Positions 20,301 to 30,459 of a stretch of DNA of 57,128 nt are shown piece by piece. Source of the stretch: Candidatus Hadarchaeales archaeon (lineage in GTDB: Archaea; Hadarchaeota; Hadarchaeia; Hadarchaeales; Hadarchaeaceae); the NCBI GenBank assembly GCA_038872135.1, contig JAVZGN010000006.1, forward strand, positions 1 to 57,128, written 5' to 3'. The translations under genes and the position numbers were made by a program. The notes below the pieces were generated by a model that was not told the DNA's origin, ran no database searches, and saw only the letters and a list, made by a program, of their open reading frames with translations. Positions within the stretch are counted from its first letter, which is position 1, and each line of letters starts with the position of its first letter.

Positions 20301-22136
20301 CTACATTTTCTCCGGGGCCTTTATCCCCATCAGCTCGAGAGCATTTCTTAGGACAATTCTCACACAGTTGACTAGCCTTAGCCTCGCCGACCGTAGCTCC
20401 TCACCCTCTGCTCTCATGACTGGACATTCCTCATAGAAGGTGTTGAACGAAAATGCAAGCTCCGCTGCATAGTTGGCGAGGAGATGGGGCTGGAGCCTGC
20501 GCCCTGCCTCTGCCAGGACCTCCGGATACCTAGAGAGGAGCTTGATCAAGCGATGCTCTTGGGGCTTCTGAAAGACTGAGAAGGAATGGGGCTTCCACCT
20601 CTTGCCCGCCTTCCTCAAGATGCTGCAGGCCCTAGCGTGGGAATACTGGATGGCTGGGCCGGAATTGCGCTCGAAGTTCAAGGCTTCCTCCCATCTGAAA
20701 ACTATCTTTTTCTCCGGGGATGTAGCCAAAAGGGAGAATCTAATGGCACCGATTCCCACAAACTCCGCTGCCTCCCTCCAGAATTTTTCTCCAGCCTCCG
20801 GAGCGTGTTCTTTGACTATCTCATAGGCGCGGGCCACCGCCTCCTCTATCACCTCATCCACAGAGTAGCCCACCCATGTTCCCTTTCTCCCCGAGAATTT
20901 TCCTGAGGGGAGCCAAACATGCTCATATGCGAGATGGTGGGAATTCCTGTATTCCTCATCCAGCCCGAGGAGCTTCAGGGCCGCGAAGACCACCTGCTGG
21001 GGATATTTCTGCTCCATCCCGACGACATTGATGACCATTTCTGCCCCACCAAATTTCTTAATTGCCCTTCCAGATGGAGAAGTTGTGTAAAGTTTTGGCC
21101 GCCAGAGCTTGAATTTTGGAGATGACCTTGATTTTCCAAACTTCCACAACTGGTAGGCGATGTCCCTAGCTGTGTAGACGGTTGTACCATCAGACCTCAC
21201 GAGAATCTTGTCCTCCATCCCGAGATCTGAGAGGCGAAGAACGAGTGTTCCTTCTTTCTCGCCCTTCCCAGCCACAAGTTTTTTCGCCTTTTTCAACTTC
21301 TCCAAAGCTTCTGCCACAACTCCGGAACCAACCAAGTCGCTCTCCCATATCAAAACATCATATGAGATTCCGAGCCGATCTGTTGTGACGAGATTCTCCT
21401 TCAGGCATTTTTCCGCCAGTCCCCTCGCGAGTTTCACCGTTTTCTCCTCGCCTTTTTCAAGCTGTGAGAGAATGGCGGCCACCTCCTTTTCCAGCTCTTC
21501 GCTGCTTTCTAGCTTAGCGTGCATCTCCGCGTAAATGAGCCCGAGCATGTGGTCGAACTTTGTCTTTGGTTTTTCGCCGATCTTCTGGTATGCGAGGATG
21601 GTTTCTGCCATTTGCCTTCCCATATCGTCGATGTAGTTATGAACCTCGACTTCCCGCCCCTGCGCGCGCATGATCCTCGCGATGGTGTCTCCCAGGATAG
21701 CGTTTCTCCCATGTCCTATGTGGAGGGGCTTTGTCGGGTTTATGCTCGTGTGTTCGATTATGACCTTCCCCTCGCTGGACTTGGTCGTTCCATAGGCTTT
21801 GTCAAGCTTTTCTATTGATGTGACTGTCAGCTCCGCAAGTTTGGGGATCGAGACGAAAAAATTGATGTAGTTGTTTGTAATGCTTATTTTCTCTATCAAA
21901 CCTGTAGGCTTCAGAAGCTTTGAAATTTCTGAAGAGATCCAGGTTGGCGCCTTGTGCATGGTTTTTGAAAGCTCAAAGACTATTGTCGAGGAAAGATCTC
22001 CGAGTTCTGGTGATGGAGGGATTTCTATGGTCTTTTCCACTGAGATGTCGACCTTCCACCCCTTCTCCTTCAAAGCTTTTTCGAGCACTGAAATTGCATC
22101 CTGCTTGAATTCTTCCCAAGGATTTACCGTCATCAT
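20301..22136 (-). CDS. argS: Arginine--tRNA ligase
   Basis: EHTSINPTKPLHIGHGRN (HIGH), FSGRKG, QYSHARACSIL, C-terminal PEKM. Confidence 0.97.
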   Translation of the reverse strand: MMTVNPWEEFKQDAISVLEKALKEKGWKVDISVEKTIEIPPSPELGDLSSTIVFELSKTMHKAPTWISSEISKLLKPTGLIEKISITNNYINFFVSIPKLAELTVTSIEKLDKAYGTTKSSEGKVIIEHTSINPTKPLHIGHGRNAILGDTIARIMRAQGREVEVHNYIDDMGRQMAETILAYQKIGEKPKTKFDHMLGLIYAEMHAKLESSEELEKEVAAILSQLEKGEEKTVKLARGLAEKCLKENLVTTDRLGISYDVLIWESDLVGSGVVAEALEKLKKAKKLVAGKGEKEGTLVLRLSDLGMEDKILVRSDGTTVYTARDIAYQLWKFGKSRSSPKFKLWRPKLYTTSPSGRAIKKFGGAEMVINVVGMEQKYPQQVVFAALKLLGLDEEYRNSHHLAYEHVWLPSGKFSGRKGTWVGYSVDEVIEEAVARAYEIVKEHAPEAGEKFWREAAEFVGIGAIRFSLLATSPEKKIVFRWEEALNFERNSGPAIQYSHARACSILRKAGKRWKPHSFSVFQKPQEHRLIKLLSRYPEVLAEAGRRLQPHLLANYAAELAFSFNTFYEECPVMRAEGEELRSARLRLVNCVRIVLRNALELMGIKAPEKM

Positions 22137-22212
22137 TTTACTGATGGAACCTGCCAAAAATAAGGCTTGGGTGGGGAGAGGGCTGATTTATGGGAAGGTT
22201 GGAGTATTATTT

Positions 22213-22287
22213 GGGCCCGTGGCGCAGCCTGGATAGCGCGGCAGGCTTCGGACCTGTAGGTCGAGGGTTCGAATCCCTCCGGGCCCG
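22213..22287 (+). tRNA. tRNA-Arg (anticodon TCG), no intron, CCA not encoded
   Basis: GGGCCCG acceptor stem, anticodon arm GCAGG-CTTCGGA-CCTGT, T-arm GAGGG-TTCGAAT-CCCTC. Confidence 0.96.
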
Positions 22288-22439
22288 CCTTGTTTTTATA
22301 ATTTAAGCGAACTCATGACTTTTGAGATAAAAAATGTCTCAATTGATGGAAGCGCAGCAAACGCAGTTGCTTGATGAGAGTTACAGTGTGGCGTGTGGGT
22401 GGTTTTAAAAGCATTGATACGGAATCTTAAGCAGGGTAC

Positions 22440-25400
22440 GTGAACTGGGACGGTGAGGGGTTGAAGAACCGGCGGAACTTAATCGTGGGTATCTGGCTCA
22501 GCGTGATGTTGCTGGCGAGTTTCGTTCCGCTCGAATTGTTGTTTTCTGCCAAGGTGGTCGCAGCTTCGCCCGATAGCCACTCCCCAATTTACATCAATGG
22601 TGATGGTAGCTTCACCCCGGCGAACGGGGTGAACGGTGGAGGGGACGGGACGGCCGGAAACCCCTACATCATCGAGAACTGGGTGATCAACGCCTCCTCG
22701 GCTCACGGGATTCGCATCAAAAACGCCACGAAGTACTTCATCATAAGGAACGTGGTGGTGGAGAACGGCTCCAGCGGGTATTACGGAATCTACTTGGAAA
22801 ACACGCAAAACGGCAAAATCGATAACTGTATTATTAAGAACAACTCCATCAGCATCTACCTCTGGTCCTCCGACAACAACATCATCTCGGGAAACATCGT
22901 GAAGAACAACTCCACCGGCATCTTCCTCGGCTCCTCCGACAACAACACCATCTTGGGAAACACCGTGGAGAACAACTCCTGGGTCGGCATCTACCTCTGG
23001 TCCTCCGACAACAACATCATCTCGGGAAATACCATAGAGAACAACTATTACTCCGGCATCTCCCTCTGGGACTCCGACAACAACACCATCTCTAACAACA
23101 CCGTGGAGAACAACTCTACCGGCATCTACCTTCAATGGTCCTGTGATAATAACACTTTGAAAAACAACCTGTGCCGGTACAACGTGGGCAATCCCATACA
23201 AAACACCGGCATTGGCATTTACATTTCTTCTTCCAATAACAACATCCTCGACAACAACAGATTAGAAAACAACGGTCTGGGGGTTTTTTTCTGGGACTCG
23301 CAAAATGACAATCTCACAAACAACATGTTTGAGAACAACACTTACGGTCTCAGCGTGAGAGGAGATAAGCTTGCTCAATTCATCCACAGTATCGATAATT
23401 CGAACCTCGTTAACGGAAAGCCCATTATATACCTCACTGGAGCCGAGAACAACCTCATAATCAACCAGGACAATGATGTGAGGTGGTTGGGGATCGTGAA
23501 CTCTGACAATATCCGGGTGGAGAACCTAGCGGTTGAGACTATTATGCTTGCATACACTAGCAACAGCTTCATAGAAAACAACGTTGCCAAGAATGGTTAT
23601 TTTGGCATTTACCTCCAGAACTCCGACAACAACACTATCTCCAGCAACACCATGGAGAACAACTGCTACGGCATATACCTCGCCTCCTCCGACAACAACA
23701 CTATCTCGGGAAACACCATGAAGAGCAACTTCTGGACCGGCATCTTCCTCGGCTCCTCCGACAACAACACAATTGTAAACAACGTGATTGAAAATACCAG
23801 GGGTGCCTTTGCTATCGGCATTTATTTAAAGGGTTCAGATAACAACTTCCTCGACAACAACAGTGTCATAAACAACACCCTCGGAATCATGGTGTTCTAC
23901 TCTGAGAATAATGTCCTGCGCAACAACCGTGCTGAAAACAATCACTGGAACTTCGGCGTTGTGAGCATGGCGGGTGGGTCTGGTTATTATCCCCATTACA
24001 TCCACGATATCGATAACTCTAACCTAGTAAATGGAAAGCCAGTCATCTACATCCTGGGGAAAAACAACATCACGGTTAATCAAGATAATGTGTTTGGATA
24101 TCTTGGGTTAGTTGGGTGCGAAAATGTAATTGTGGAAAATCTTGTATTGGAAAACAACTTCAGCGGATTGCTTTTGGCAGGCGTGAAAAACGGCCGTGTC
24201 GAGAACATTTCAGCCAGATATAATTGGATCGGGATAGCTTTAGATACACGCTCTGACCACAACACCATCTCGGGAAACACCATGGAGAACAACTATTACG
24301 GCATATACCTCGGCTCCTCCGACAACAACAATATCTCGGGAAACACCATAGACAACTCCCAGTACGGTATCTCTCTCTTGAACTCTGACAACAACACCAT
24401 CTCCGGCAACACTGTTGAAAATAACTATACAGGAATTTATCTGAGTAGTATCACCTATGTCAATGGTGGTATCCGCGAGGAGAACTCAGACAACAACACG
24501 GTTTTAGGCAACACACTCAAGAACAACAATTATGGCATTTATTTACAATATGCTCACTACAACACCATCTCCAGCAACACTTTCCAAAGCAACTTATGGT
24601 ATGATATATACCTTCCCAGTAACGCCACGAACAATGTGTTTGAAGCTAACCTCATGGAGCACGCATACGGAATTCCTTGGATTTCTAATGTTCAATCCTC
24701 TCCCAGCCAAACCTCGGCCACTATAACCTGGACGACATCGAAAGCCTCAACCAGCGTGGTCGAGTACGGCCCAACAACAGCTTACGGATACACAGCCACC
24801 GATGGGGTCACCACGAGTCACTCCGTGTCCCTCTCTGGCCTCTCCGCTGGCACAACCTACCACTACCGGGTGAAATCCATGGACGCCGACAACAACTTGG
24901 AGATTTATTTCGACAACACATTTACGACCTCCTCCCCATCAGGAGATGGTGTCACCAAAACGAACACCACACTCACGATTGCCCCCTCAAGCTTCTCTCT
25001 GACCTCTGGCAGCTCAATCATCCTCGCGGCCACTCTGAAGGATGTAAATGGCAATCTCCTGCCCGGGAAGACGGTCAGATGGATCGCAGCAAAGGGTTCC
25101 ATCTCACCCACTATTGGAACAACCAACAATTCTGGAGAAGTCATTGCCATCTACACCGCCCCGACCGTCACTGCACCGGAAAATGTGACGATAACCGCCT
25201 CCTTCGCCGGGGACGGTTCATATTATGGGAGCACGGCCACCTCTATCTGCACTGTGTTCCCGGCGCCCCGAGCTTCCTCCTCCCTCTCAATCACTCCGTC
25301 CAGCTTCACCATCAGGTCCGATGAGAACAAGATCCTCACCGCCACTCTCCTGAGCGAGAGGGGGGCGCCGATGGCAGGGAAGATCATAAGCTGGAGCACC

Positions 25401-26855
25401 ACTGCCGGGAGCATCACCCCGGCAAGCACCACAGACAACCTGGGTAGGGCGACCGCCACCTTCAAAGCTCCATCCGTTACCGCCCTAACCACTGTCACAA
25501 TCACCGCTTTATTCGGAGGAGATGCGAGCTTCGCAGCCAGCCAAGCCGGCTCCATCGCCACTGTGAAGCCTCCGCCAGCAAAAGCTGTCTTGAGCCTCAG
25601 ACCGGAGAACCTCCGCATCACCGCCGGCTCGGTCGTGGAGGTGGTGGCCTCCATCTCGACCGAAGACGGCACCCCCCTCTCAAGCAAAATGATCGGGTGG
25701 AGCACGACAGCAGGAAGGATAGAGGCGAGGAGCCGGGCCACCGATGCCGTCGGGGAGGTCTGGGCGAAGTTCTACGCCCCCGATGCCGTCGAGAATGAGC
25801 TTCCGGTCACAATCACGGCCTCCTTCGCCGGGGACGAGGATTACCTCCAGACACAGAACACCCTGCTGGCGGCGGTGGTCCCGAAGACCCTCCCGGCAAC
25901 GTCCATCGCTGTGACCCCCGCCAGCTTCAACATCGCCCCGGGCGGCACCATTGGCCTCACAGCGAAGCTAACCTCCGGAGGGACCGCGCTGGCGGGAAAG
26001 CCAACTCAGTGGAGCGTCAACATCGGAGAAATCATAATCCATACCAGCGTCACCGACGACCGAGGCGAGGCCAGAGCCACCTACCGCGCCCCGGAGAATC
26101 TTGACACCAACACCCCTGTGACGGTCACGGTGGCCTTCCTGGGCGACGCTGGGTACGGCCCCTCCGTGGGTGTTTCAAGGGGGGCGGTGCTCCTTCCCGA
26201 GGTAAAGCAGACGCTGGACAACCTTCAGACAGCCACCCAGGAAATCGTAGACATCCAGGCGATAGAGGAAAATCTGGTCTTCCTCAGGGATGCCGTTATC
26301 CGCGGGGATGTGGCGGCGGCCGTGAAGATAGGGAAAGCAGCCGAGCTCTCCGAGAGCCGCTATGTCCACGAGAACGCGAAGGTGAGGGTTAAGGAGGTCA
26401 GGGAGAGGAGGGTGGATGTCGAGGTTGAGTCTGACAGGGGGCGGACAATCCTCCTGAACGTTGAGGATGAGATCATTCCAGTCCTCTCAGAGGAGATCGA
26501 GGTAAGGGTCGATAATGTGAAGATTGAAATGGCGGATGACTATGCCGATGTCCTCGACCCGGCAAACGATGAAAACGCCTGCGAGTACTTCATCTTGAAA
26601 GGGGCGAATGGAATCCAGCTCCTTGTCTCCATCCCCAGCTTCTCATCTAGGACCGTCACCATTGGCACAATGCCGACAGTCCCCCTTGCCGGGATTCTGT
26701 CCCCGTACTTGATGATCGGCGCAGTAGTGGTCATCTTGGTCCTAGTGCTCCTTATCATCTGGAGGTACACTAGGGCGGGGATGAAGAAACTCCCAGAAAT
26801 CCAGGCTGGCGCCGAGACTGGGCAAGGAAAGGGTAGCCCGGACGCCGATTGGTGA
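22440..26855 (+). CDS. Large cell-surface protein: NosD/CASH beta-helix, FN3-like and Big_1/invasin-like Ig repeats, C-terminal TM anchor
   Basis: Signal peptide; HSPIYINGD...NPYIIENW cap; many GIYLxxSDNNTIxGN repeats; ATITWTT...YHYRVKS; Ig repeats ending TITASFAGD; hydrophobic C-terminal helix. Confidence 0.88.
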   Translation: MNWDGEGLKNRRNLIVGIWLSVMLLASFVPLELLFSAKVVAASPDSHSPIYINGDGSFTPANGVNGGGDGTAGNPYIIENWVINASSAHGIRIKNATKYFIIRNVVVENGSSGYYGIYLENTQNGKIDNCIIKNNSISIYLWSSDNNIISGNIVKNNSTGIFLGSSDNNTILGNTVENNSWVGIYLWSSDNNIISGNTIENNYYSGISLWDSDNNTISNNTVENNSTGIYLQWSCDNNTLKNNLCRYNVGNPIQNTGIGIYISSSNNNILDNNRLENNGLGVFFWDSQNDNLTNNMFENNTYGLSVRGDKLAQFIHSIDNSNLVNGKPIIYLTGAENNLIINQDNDVRWLGIVNSDNIRVENLAVETIMLAYTSNSFIENNVAKNGYFGIYLQNSDNNTISSNTMENNCYGIYLASSDNNTISGNTMKSNFWTGIFLGSSDNNTIVNNVIENTRGAFAIGIYLKGSDNNFLDNNSVINNTLGIMVFYSENNVLRNNRAENNHWNFGVVSMAGGSGYYPHYIHDIDNSNLVNGKPVIYILGKNNITVNQDNVFGYLGLVGCENVIVENLVLENNFSGLLLAGVKNGRVENISARYNWIGIALDTRSDHNTISGNTMENNYYGIYLGSSDNNNISGNTIDNSQYGISLLNSDNNTISGNTVENNYTGIYLSSITYVNGGIREENSDNNTVLGNTLKNNNYGIYLQYAHYNTISSNTFQSNLWYDIYLPSNATNNVFEANLMEHAYGIPWISNVQSSPSQTSATITWTTSKASTSVVEYGPTTAYGYTATDGVTTSHSVSLSGLSAGTTYHYRVKSMDADNNLEIYFDNTFTTSSPSGDGVTKTNTTLTIAPSSFSLTSGSSIILAATLKDVNGNLLPGKTVRWIAAKGSISPTIGTTNNSGEVIAIYTAPTVTAPENVTITASFAGDGSYYGSTATSICTVFPAPRASSSLSITPSSFTIRSDENKILTATLLSERGAPMAGKIISWSTTAGSITPASTTDNLGRATATFKAPSVTALTTVTITALFGGDASFAASQAGSIATVKPPPAKAVLSLRPENLRITAGSVVEVVASISTEDGTPLSSKMIGWSTTAGRIEARSRATDAVGEVWAKFYAPDAVENELPVTITASFAGDEDYLQTQNTLLAAVVPKTLPATSIAVTPASFNIAPGGTIGLTAKLTSGGTALAGKPTQWSVNIGEIIIHTSVTDDRGEARATYRAPENLDTNTPVTVTVAFLGDAGYGPSVGVSRGAVLLPEVKQTLDNLQTATQEIVDIQAIEENLVFLRDAVIRGDVAAAVKIGKAAELSESRYVHENAKVRVKEVRERRVDVEVESDRGRTILLNVEDEIIPVLSEEIEVRVDNVKIEMADDYADVLDPANDENACEYFILKGANGIQLLVSIPSFSSRTVTIGTMPTVPLAGILSPYLMIGAVVVILVLVLLIIWRYTRAGMKKLPEIQAGAETGQGKGSPDADW
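22852..24420 (+). repeat. Three clusters of 66-69-nt coding repeats (beta-helix rungs)
   Basis: 22852-22894 = 22987-23029 (43 nt identical); 22914-22948 = 23736-23770 (35 nt identical); 23646-23719 vs 24276-24349 70/74. Confidence 0.9.
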
Positions 26856-27226
26856 GAACTCGTCGTCCTGAGCCCCCATGCGCAGCAAGATCGCGCCCCC
26901 ATGAGTTAACGGGTAGGCTCCAGCCAGCTTTTCAGCCAACATCTAAAGATCAGGAAAGAGCTGAGGCGCGAGGGGATGGTAGAAATTGTACCGAAAGACG
27001 ATTTTCCTACAGCGTAGTCCCAAATCTCATGGAAAGGTGTATGCAAAGCTTTTTAACAGTTTAACAGGATTCATTTATTCCTACTAACTCCATCCATCCG
27101 GACCCGCCATTTTAGCTGAATCTTTTCCTAATGTTCTAGAAAGGCGTTGATCTGAAAGCGGAGCGCCAGAAGAAAACACCCAAAACCTCTTTTTTCCTCC
27201 CTTCCAATTATATCTGGCGAAAAGCC

Positions 27227-28444
27227 ATGAGCGAGCTGTGGGTGGACAAATATTCGCCAAAAAAGTTGAGCGAGGTGATCGGGCAGCCGACAGCCATCCG
27301 TGAGATGAAAAGCTGGGCGGATTCCTGGAAGAGGGGAAAACCCTCTAAAAAAGCTATTCTCCTCTATGGCCCCCCTGGAACCGGAAAAAGCGTCTCCTGC
27401 GCGGCTTTGGCCAGAGAAATGGGGTGGGAACTCGTGGAGATGAACGCTAGCGACGAACGCACCCTTTCCGAGGTAGAAAGGGTTGCAGGGGGGGCAGCAG
27501 TTTCCGGGACTCTCACAGAGGGGCTCTCCGGGAGGAAGCTCATAGTCCTTGATGAAGCCGACCGCATCCATGGAACTGCCGACAGAGGGGGTCAGAAGGC
27601 GTTGAAGAAACTCGTGGAAAAAACGCGAAATCCCATAGTCCTCATCGCCAACGATCTCTACGCCATTCCCTGGGACATCCGGGCATCCTGCCTCGCTGTA
27701 AACTTCAGGCGAATATCCTCAGACGCCATCACCAAAAGATTGGGAGAGATAGCAAGGAATGAAAAAGTGAGCGCCGAGGATGAGGCCCTCAAAGCTATAG
27801 GAGACGTTTCAAACGGCGACCTCAGATCTGCAATTCTAGACTTTCAGACGATTGCCGCTGGGAGAAAAAACGTGAGGAAAGCAGATGTGTTGATCTATTA
27901 CAGGGAGAGAGAAAAGAATGTTTTCGACTTGATAAGGGGGCTTCTATCTGCTAGGGGGGCAAAACAGGCGAGGGAAATCCTCCTCTCCGTTGACATCTCT
28001 CCAGACGACGCCCTCGCTTGGATAGCCGAGAATGTTCCACCCATGATCTCAGATCCTCAGGCTCTGGCTAAAGTTTATGACAAGATCTCTGCTGCAAGCT
28101 TCTTCCTCGTCCAGGCAAGCCAGAAACAAATGTATTGGCTGTGGGGATATGCCTCAGACCTGATGAGCGCCGGTGTTGCGTTACACAAAGGAGAAAATCT
28201 GAAGTGGAGGAAATTCCAGCCACCCACCTATATCAAAAAATATGCGCAGGCGCGTGTAGCCCAGGCAATAATGAACTCCATCGCCAAGAAGCTCGCAGCC
28301 CACTGCCACACCTCAACAAAAGTTGTAAAAAGAGATATGCTCCCCTACTTCTCACTTCTGAAAAAGGACAGAGAGCTCCTGGAATCTCTCAGCGCCAAAC
28401 TTGAACTGACCGAGCAGGAGATGGACTTCCTCAAATCGAGGTAG
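27227..28444 (+). CDS. rfcL: Replication factor C large subunit
   Basis: WVDKYSP, GPPGTGKS, EMNASDER, LDEAD, GDLRSA. Confidence 0.95.
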   Translation: MSELWVDKYSPKKLSEVIGQPTAIREMKSWADSWKRGKPSKKAILLYGPPGTGKSVSCAALAREMGWELVEMNASDERTLSEVERVAGGAAVSGTLTEGLSGRKLIVLDEADRIHGTADRGGQKALKKLVEKTRNPIVLIANDLYAIPWDIRASCLAVNFRRISSDAITKRLGEIARNEKVSAEDEALKAIGDVSNGDLRSAILDFQTIAAGRKNVRKADVLIYYREREKNVFDLIRGLLSARGAKQAREILLSVDISPDDALAWIAENVPPMISDPQALAKVYDKISAASFFLVQASQKQMYWLWGYASDLMSAGVALHKGENLKWRKFQPPTYIKKYAQARVAQAIMNSIAKKLAAHCHTSTKVVKRDMLPYFSLLKKDRELLESLSAKLELTEQEMDFLKSR

Positions 28445-28467
28445 CCCTCAGACCTTCAGGATTGGCT

Positions 28468-28653
28468 TCACTCCAGAACATCGCAGATTATTGGGAACTC
28501 GGTCTTGGTCTTGGTGTAGCAATTCAAGATAATTTCTGGAGTTGTCTCCTCCCGTTCCATCAGAGCTTTTTCTATAGCATCAAGCCTCTCTTTTATCGCT
28601 CTGATTTCCTCCAATATCTGCTCAATCCCCCCTTTTCCCCCCGCAACCATCAC
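28468..28653 (-). CDS. Small coiled-coil protein, possible antitoxin remnant
   Basis: ILEEIRAIKERLDAIEKAL coiled coil; TATA-like TTATATA just upstream. Confidence 0.4.
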   Translation of the reverse strand: MMVAGGKGGIEQILEEIRAIKERLDAIEKALMEREETTPEIILNCYTKTKTEFPIICDVLE

Positions 28654-28692
28654 ATATTATTATATAATCCCATGAACATATACCTTTCGGTT

Positions 28693-28983
28693 ATGACCAG
28701 GAAAACAGGAAAGGTTGCGCTCAAAGCTAGGCAGATGATGAGGGCGGCGAAGCTGGCTCAGCAGAAGCGGGAGCTTGAAAGAGCCGGCATTTCCATGAAG
28801 CTCGAGAAGCCATCGTTGAAGGCTCTCAAGGAGAAAGACGAAGAACTGAAAAAACTTTATCTCGAGCTTCTCCAAGAGGAGCAGGAATCCTCTGGAGGGG
28901 AAGGCGAAAAGGAGACCGGGGAAAGACCCTCTGGAGAAACTGCCGAGGAATCGCAACAAAAGGAAGAAACGTCTAGCGAATAA
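28693..28983 (+). CDS. Hypothetical charged protein (basic N-terminus, acidic tail)
   Basis: ATG 28693 about 30 nt after TATATAA; purine-rich coding pattern. Confidence 0.6.
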   Translation: MTRKTGKVALKARQMMRAAKLAQQKRELERAGISMKLEKPSLKALKEKDEELKKLYLELLQEEQESSGGEGEKETGERPSGETAEESQQKEETSSE

Positions 28984-29002
28984 AACTGAAGGGACGGCCT
29001 CC

Positions 29003-29587
29003 ATGAAAAAGCCTGTGCCCGGCTTTCTCAGAACAGCTGGTATTTGCGGAATCTTTGCCCCAATCATCGCCTTCTGCGCAATCACAGTGGCCATTTCAAT
29101 CTCCCCCTGGTTCAGTTGGGAAAAGAATGCCCTGAGCGACCTCGGGGCCAGCCCAGGATCCAGCGTCGTCTTTAACTCTGGACTCGCGATTGCTGGGATG
29201 CTGGCCACTGCCTTCTCCGCTGGCCTTTTGCTCGGTGTGAATAATCGAGTAGGCAAAGCGGCGGCGGTGCTCCTCCTGATAGACAGCCTTGCTCTCATCG
29301 GGATCGGCGTTTTTCCGGAAACTGCTGGCGAGATTCATCTCTTGTTCTCTGTGATTTTCTTTGCGATCTTTCCCCTCTTCTCCCTCTCGTTCCTGGTCTA
29401 CTCAATCACCCAGGAATGGACAAAAATGGCTGTGCTGACGCTCGTCTCCGCAGCGGGCGCGGCCCTGCCCTGGACATTTAGATGGAGAGGAGTCGCCATC
29501 CCAGAAACAATTTCTGCACTCTTCGCCTCCCTTCTCACCCTCACATTGGCTGCGATTCTGCTGAAGAGGGGAAAAGTCGGGCGGTGA
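29003..29587 (+). CDS. DUF998-family membrane protein
   Basis: SPWFSWEKNALSDLG, FNSGL, IGVFPE; multiple TM helices. Confidence 0.85.
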   Translation: MKKPVPGFLRTAGICGIFAPIIAFCAITVAISISPWFSWEKNALSDLGASPGSSVVFNSGLAIAGMLATAFSAGLLLGVNNRVGKAAAVLLLIDSLALIGIGVFPETAGEIHLLFSVIFFAIFPLFSLSFLVYSITQEWTKMAVLTLVSAAGAALPWTFRWRGVAIPETISALFASLLTLTLAAILLKRGKVGR

Positions 29588-29730
29588 GTTTCCGATTGGA
29601 TGGAGCCGCAGCCTTGTCGATTTTGCGGTATGTTTGACATCTCGGAAAATGCCATCATGAGCATTTCCCACCTTTTAGATAGCTGGAGATTGAGGCGAAC
29701 ACAACAGCTTTAGAAAATTAAGAGATGCTG

Positions 29731-30459
29731 CTACACTCGCCTTCTGGGGATGTTCGGAATGTCTTCTCCACCAGATGTGAGATTGACGACTTTTGCCCCG
29801 AGGGTCGCCAGCCAGCTCAGAAGCTCCCCGCAGATTTCCAGCTTGAGAATTTTTCTCAAATAATCCTTTTCCCCGGAGTATTTCCCCACGGCCTTTCCCA
29901 AATCCATCCCCGCAAGATAAATTTTGGAGGCTCCCAAGGCCCAAGCAAGAAAAGCCGCCCGATCACCATCTGTAAAGCCCCCAAAGTTGAAGAGCTTCCC
30001 GAAAGGCTTTGTCTGGGTAGTTCCAATAACCCTCGTCCCAAGCTTGGGGACTACTTCCTCCACTTTCCTCAGATTGTCCCCATGGGCGTGAACAACCATC
30101 CACGCCCCCCTCTCCCAAGCCTCCAGCTGGTCCCTGATGTCTCCATCGAGATCTGTGACGATTATGTCTGGTCTTCCATACTTCAGCACTGCGGTGGTGG
30201 CTCCATCAGCAGAAATTATCACCTTTTTAAACCACCCCTTCAGACTGAGCGTCATCAGATCTTCGTCGAGGGACGGCCCTGCTCCAAAAACTATACACGC
30301 TTTCCTTCCAACGATTCTTTTGAGGCTATCGAGATCTGGGAAAGGGAGAAGAGCATTTAAAGCGTGGGCCGCCGCTATGTCGTCTTCTTCCCTTATCCCC
30401 AGCTTCTCAGCAATTTTTCTATACCTCGGCGCCCATCTGCTCCATCCAATCCCAATCAC
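29731..30459 (-). CDS. mptE: 6-hydroxymethyl-7,8-dihydropterin pyrophosphokinase (DUF115)
   Basis: GAGPSL, ADGA, VTDLDG, HAHGDN, GGFTDGDRA. Confidence 0.92.
   Translation of the reverse strand: MIGIGWSRWAPRYRKIAEKLGIREEDDIAAAHALNALLPFPDLDSLKRIVGRKACIVFGAGPSLDEDLMTLSLKGWFKKVIISADGATTAVLKYGRPDIIVTDLDGDIRDQLEAWERGAWMVVHAHGDNLRKVEEVVPKLGTRVIGTTQTKPFGKLFNFGGFTDGDRAAFLAWALGASKIYLAGMDLGKAVGKYSGEKDYLRKILKLEICGELLSWLATLGAKVVNLTSGGEDIPNIPRRRV

Larger units (their letters stand above)
22273..27109. mobile_element. Putative decayed tRNA-integrated island (att-like direct repeat, no integrase)
   Basis: tRNA 3' end ATCCCTCCGGGCCCGCC (22273-22289) recurs as ATCCATCCGGACCCGCC (27092-27108, 15/17), followed by A to give CCA. 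Confidence 0.55.

Noticed and set aside
22852..24420. AAC-rich repeats as a diversity-generating retroelement template
   Set aside because: Repeats are in-frame Asn-ladder coding units, differences are not adenine-specific, and no reverse transcriptase is present.
26856..27090. Integrase remnant at the island's right end
   Set aside because: Short ORFs show no tyrosine-recombinase motif by eye.
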